From positions 90,148,001 to 90,212,000 of the forward strand of contig JANJGN010000017.1 of the NCBI GenBank assembly GCA_026770705.1: a DNA stretch of 64,000 bases. Direction: 5' to 3'. Position 1 is the first letter of the stretch. Every line of letters begins with the position of its first letter. This document shows, in pieces, positions 61,760 through 64,000 of this stretch. The DNA is from Isurus oxyrinchus (taxonomy: Eukaryota). The notes beneath the pieces were generated by a model. That model searched no databases, was not told where the DNA came from, and saw nothing but the letters and a program-made list of their open reading frames with translations. The position numbers were made by a program, and so were the translations under genes.

Positions 61760-63400
61760 TCAAGTCCATTGGGAATAAGGTAACTTCGTATGATGTACTT
61801 TTCCTGTTGGCTGAAGAGACCAATCCTTGAGAGACAGGTTCTGCCACAAGTGCCACATATGAACTAGTCTATCTCGTCCCCAGACAAGGTCCCCCAATTT
61901 GTCATGATCCCGGACAAGATATCCCAAATTGTCATGCTCCCGGGTGAGCAGAGATGAGCTGGCTCCCCTTCTTTATTCAACTCCCTTGGTTGGTCGCAAC
62001 AAGATTAATTTAAAAAGGATCCCTTCCTTCATGGGATACCTTTGCCCTGTCCAAATATATATATATATATATATATATATGTTTTAAAAGGAGCCAATTT
62101 AACCAGGCTTTCGTGAGTCAAAGAAAGAGTAAGTTTGTTAGTTCCTGAAAACCCAAAGTAAATAAAAAATGCAACACACATACACATAGATTAGAAATGA
62201 GAAGTTGAGTCCAGTAGTTAAAAAAGATATACGGACCAGTCTTTGCCTTGTCAGTGAGGAGTAGATGGTGAAACGTTACAGCCATGAAATTGGGTGATTC
62301 CAGTTGAGCTAATTTTGGCAGCTGAGCAATTGATTTGGAGACACTTGGTTCTGTAGGTTAGCTGAAGGAGTTATCCTGTTTCCTTTTTGACTGTGGCTTC
62401 GCTGACTTGTGACTTGCCTCCAGCAACAGAGAAATACTTTCCTTTAACCTGCAAGCTGCAGGGATGCCTAGCTGATGTTCCTCAGCTGTGATCTTCACAG
62501 CTTATACTTGCACACCAGATCTAGAACACCAGAACTAGCACACCCAGACCAGGTTTGCAGCTAGCATTTAATCCCTTTCCTTGTGTTTTCCTGGAAGGGA
62601 AAAAACAAACATGCCTTTTGCCCAGATTCTGCTTTCTTTCAACTCAGATCATGTCCTCAGTCTGGGATATAACTCAGCAGGAGTTGGTTTCTGCTGACAT
62701 GGTAATCAGTCTCCATTGTTTCCACAACCACAGGAGATTAGAATTCAGCCTTCTGCATTTCATCTCTCCCTTTCAAGTGTCCCTGTCTGAAGTAGGCCTT
62801 CACACCTTTTTACATGCGTCAGTCTGTTCTCTCTGGACTGGTCAGTCAAATGTAATACATATAGCAATTTTCCAGCAAGCGGTTCCTTTACATTTTCAGC
62901 CAGCTTTTGTTTGTATGTCCTTTTTAAAAAACACATCTTCCTTTAAAAAGTTCAATATGTCTACAAGTAATTCAGGGCTGTGATGCGCTGTCTTGACACA
63001 AGTGTTCTAGTCGGTTGTTGTTTTTGTGTTGGCACTTGTTGCCAGGCTGCTGTAACCAATGATCATCATGGTGCAACTTGTTGGCACACAAGAGATGTTG
63101 TCATTTTCCTCTCTTGTCAGTTCGTGTCTCCTATGTCTCCTTGTTAATACTGATGTTTAGGGCCTTCATGTCATGCATGTCAAGCACCCTTGAAGCAGAA
63201 CTTAGGGTACCCACCTGGTTTTATGGCTATGGCTCCATCACCATGCAAAAAATCCTTAGGTCTTCCATCCTGTGCACTTGCCTGACACTCACTCCTTCCA
63301 TGACAACATGTACTGCGCTGTACAATTATATGATTTCTACAAGGCCTGCGCAGATCTGTTGCTTCCAACTTCCTTGGAATTGCGCTGGGAAGAAGGAAAG
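61760..63400 (-). mobile_element. RTE-type LINE 3' end split by an LTR
   Basis: DGRPKDFLHG...PKFCFKGA...DMKALNI at 63150-63270; C-terminal zinc finger FICGTCGRTCLSRIGLFS at ~61810-61863. Confidence 0.75.
61869..62998. mobile_element. Solo LTR-like insertion with iterated terminus
   Basis: tgtcatg repeats at the left, tcttgaca at the right; flanks ctagt/caagt look like a 5-bp TSD; contains (TA)n at 62057-62080. Confidence 0.65.
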
Positions 63401-63404
63401 AAAG

Positions 63405-63895
63405 TACATCCTCTTGGAAAGCCCTTTTCACAACCTCAGATTATCCCAAAACATTCACAACCAATGAAGAACTTTTTGGTCCCAGCTGTAATGTAGGAAA
63501 CATGGCAGCCAGTTTGCACACAGTGGCAGACAGCAATATAATCATAATCAGATCATCTGTTTACTTATGTGTTTGAAGGATAAACATTGGCCCTAGGACA
63601 ACAGGAAGAATCCCCTGCTCTTCTTCCAGTCATGGCCGTTGGATCTACTATGTCCATCGAAGGTGATAGACGGACCTTGTTTTAACATCTTATCCGAAAG
63701 ACAGCGACACAAGCAGTTCAATGCTCTTTTAGTCCTGACCCTTCAACAGTGCAGCACACTCTCAGTATTTACTCTGTCATATTGCAGAGTACCGTCAGTA
63801 ATAACTCCTTGACAGATGGAGCGCACCCTCAATACTGCACCTCTGGGTGCAACACTCCCTCAATACTGACCTTCTAATAGTGCAGAACAGCCTCA
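63405..63895 (-). mobile_element. DeuSINE with a small degenerate 33-bp tandem expansion (63730-63895)
   Basis: Deu body reverse complement followed by ~5 decayed copies of the same unit as 41010-41818. Confidence 0.7.
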
Positions 63896-63899
63896 ATGC

Positions 63900-64000
63900 A
63901 GTTATACAGGGCTTTGGTGAGACTGCACATCGAATGCAGTTTTAGTCATCTCATTTAAGGAAGGATGTAAACGTGTTGGAAGTGGTTCAAAGGAGGTTTA
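63900..64000 (+). mobile_element. CR1 ORF2 fragment running off the window edge
   Basis: Matches 48380-48490. Confidence 0.8.

Overview
Eukaryotic, repeat-dominated non-coding DNA. The repeat repertoire (DeuSINE/SacSINE1-like SINEs, CR1/L2-group LINEs, RTE, Penelope-like elements, Harbinger, Gmr1-type LTR element) points to a cartilaginous fish, probably a shark (inference). No intact host protein-coding gene is supported; nearly all ORFs are decayed transposon fragments or chance ORFs. Highlights: (1) a family of Penelope-like insertions with 11-14 bp target-site duplications that carry minimal hammerhead-ribozyme motifs. It includes two ~236 bp fold-back elements with 99-bp arms that turn over at the ribozyme and carry a non-canonical CUGUCGA core. 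(2) A two-LTR Gmr1-type retrotransposon (PR-INT-RT-RH order, SCAN-like gag, tRNA-Pro-like PBS) nested in a LINE that has a tRNA-like head and no ORF1. (3) A SINE-derived 33-bp satellite with a 7-unit higher-order repeat. (4) A 51-bp templated insertion, and a degenerate telomere-like tract flanked by 62-bp direct repeats. Boundaries of old decayed repeats are approximate (read by eye).
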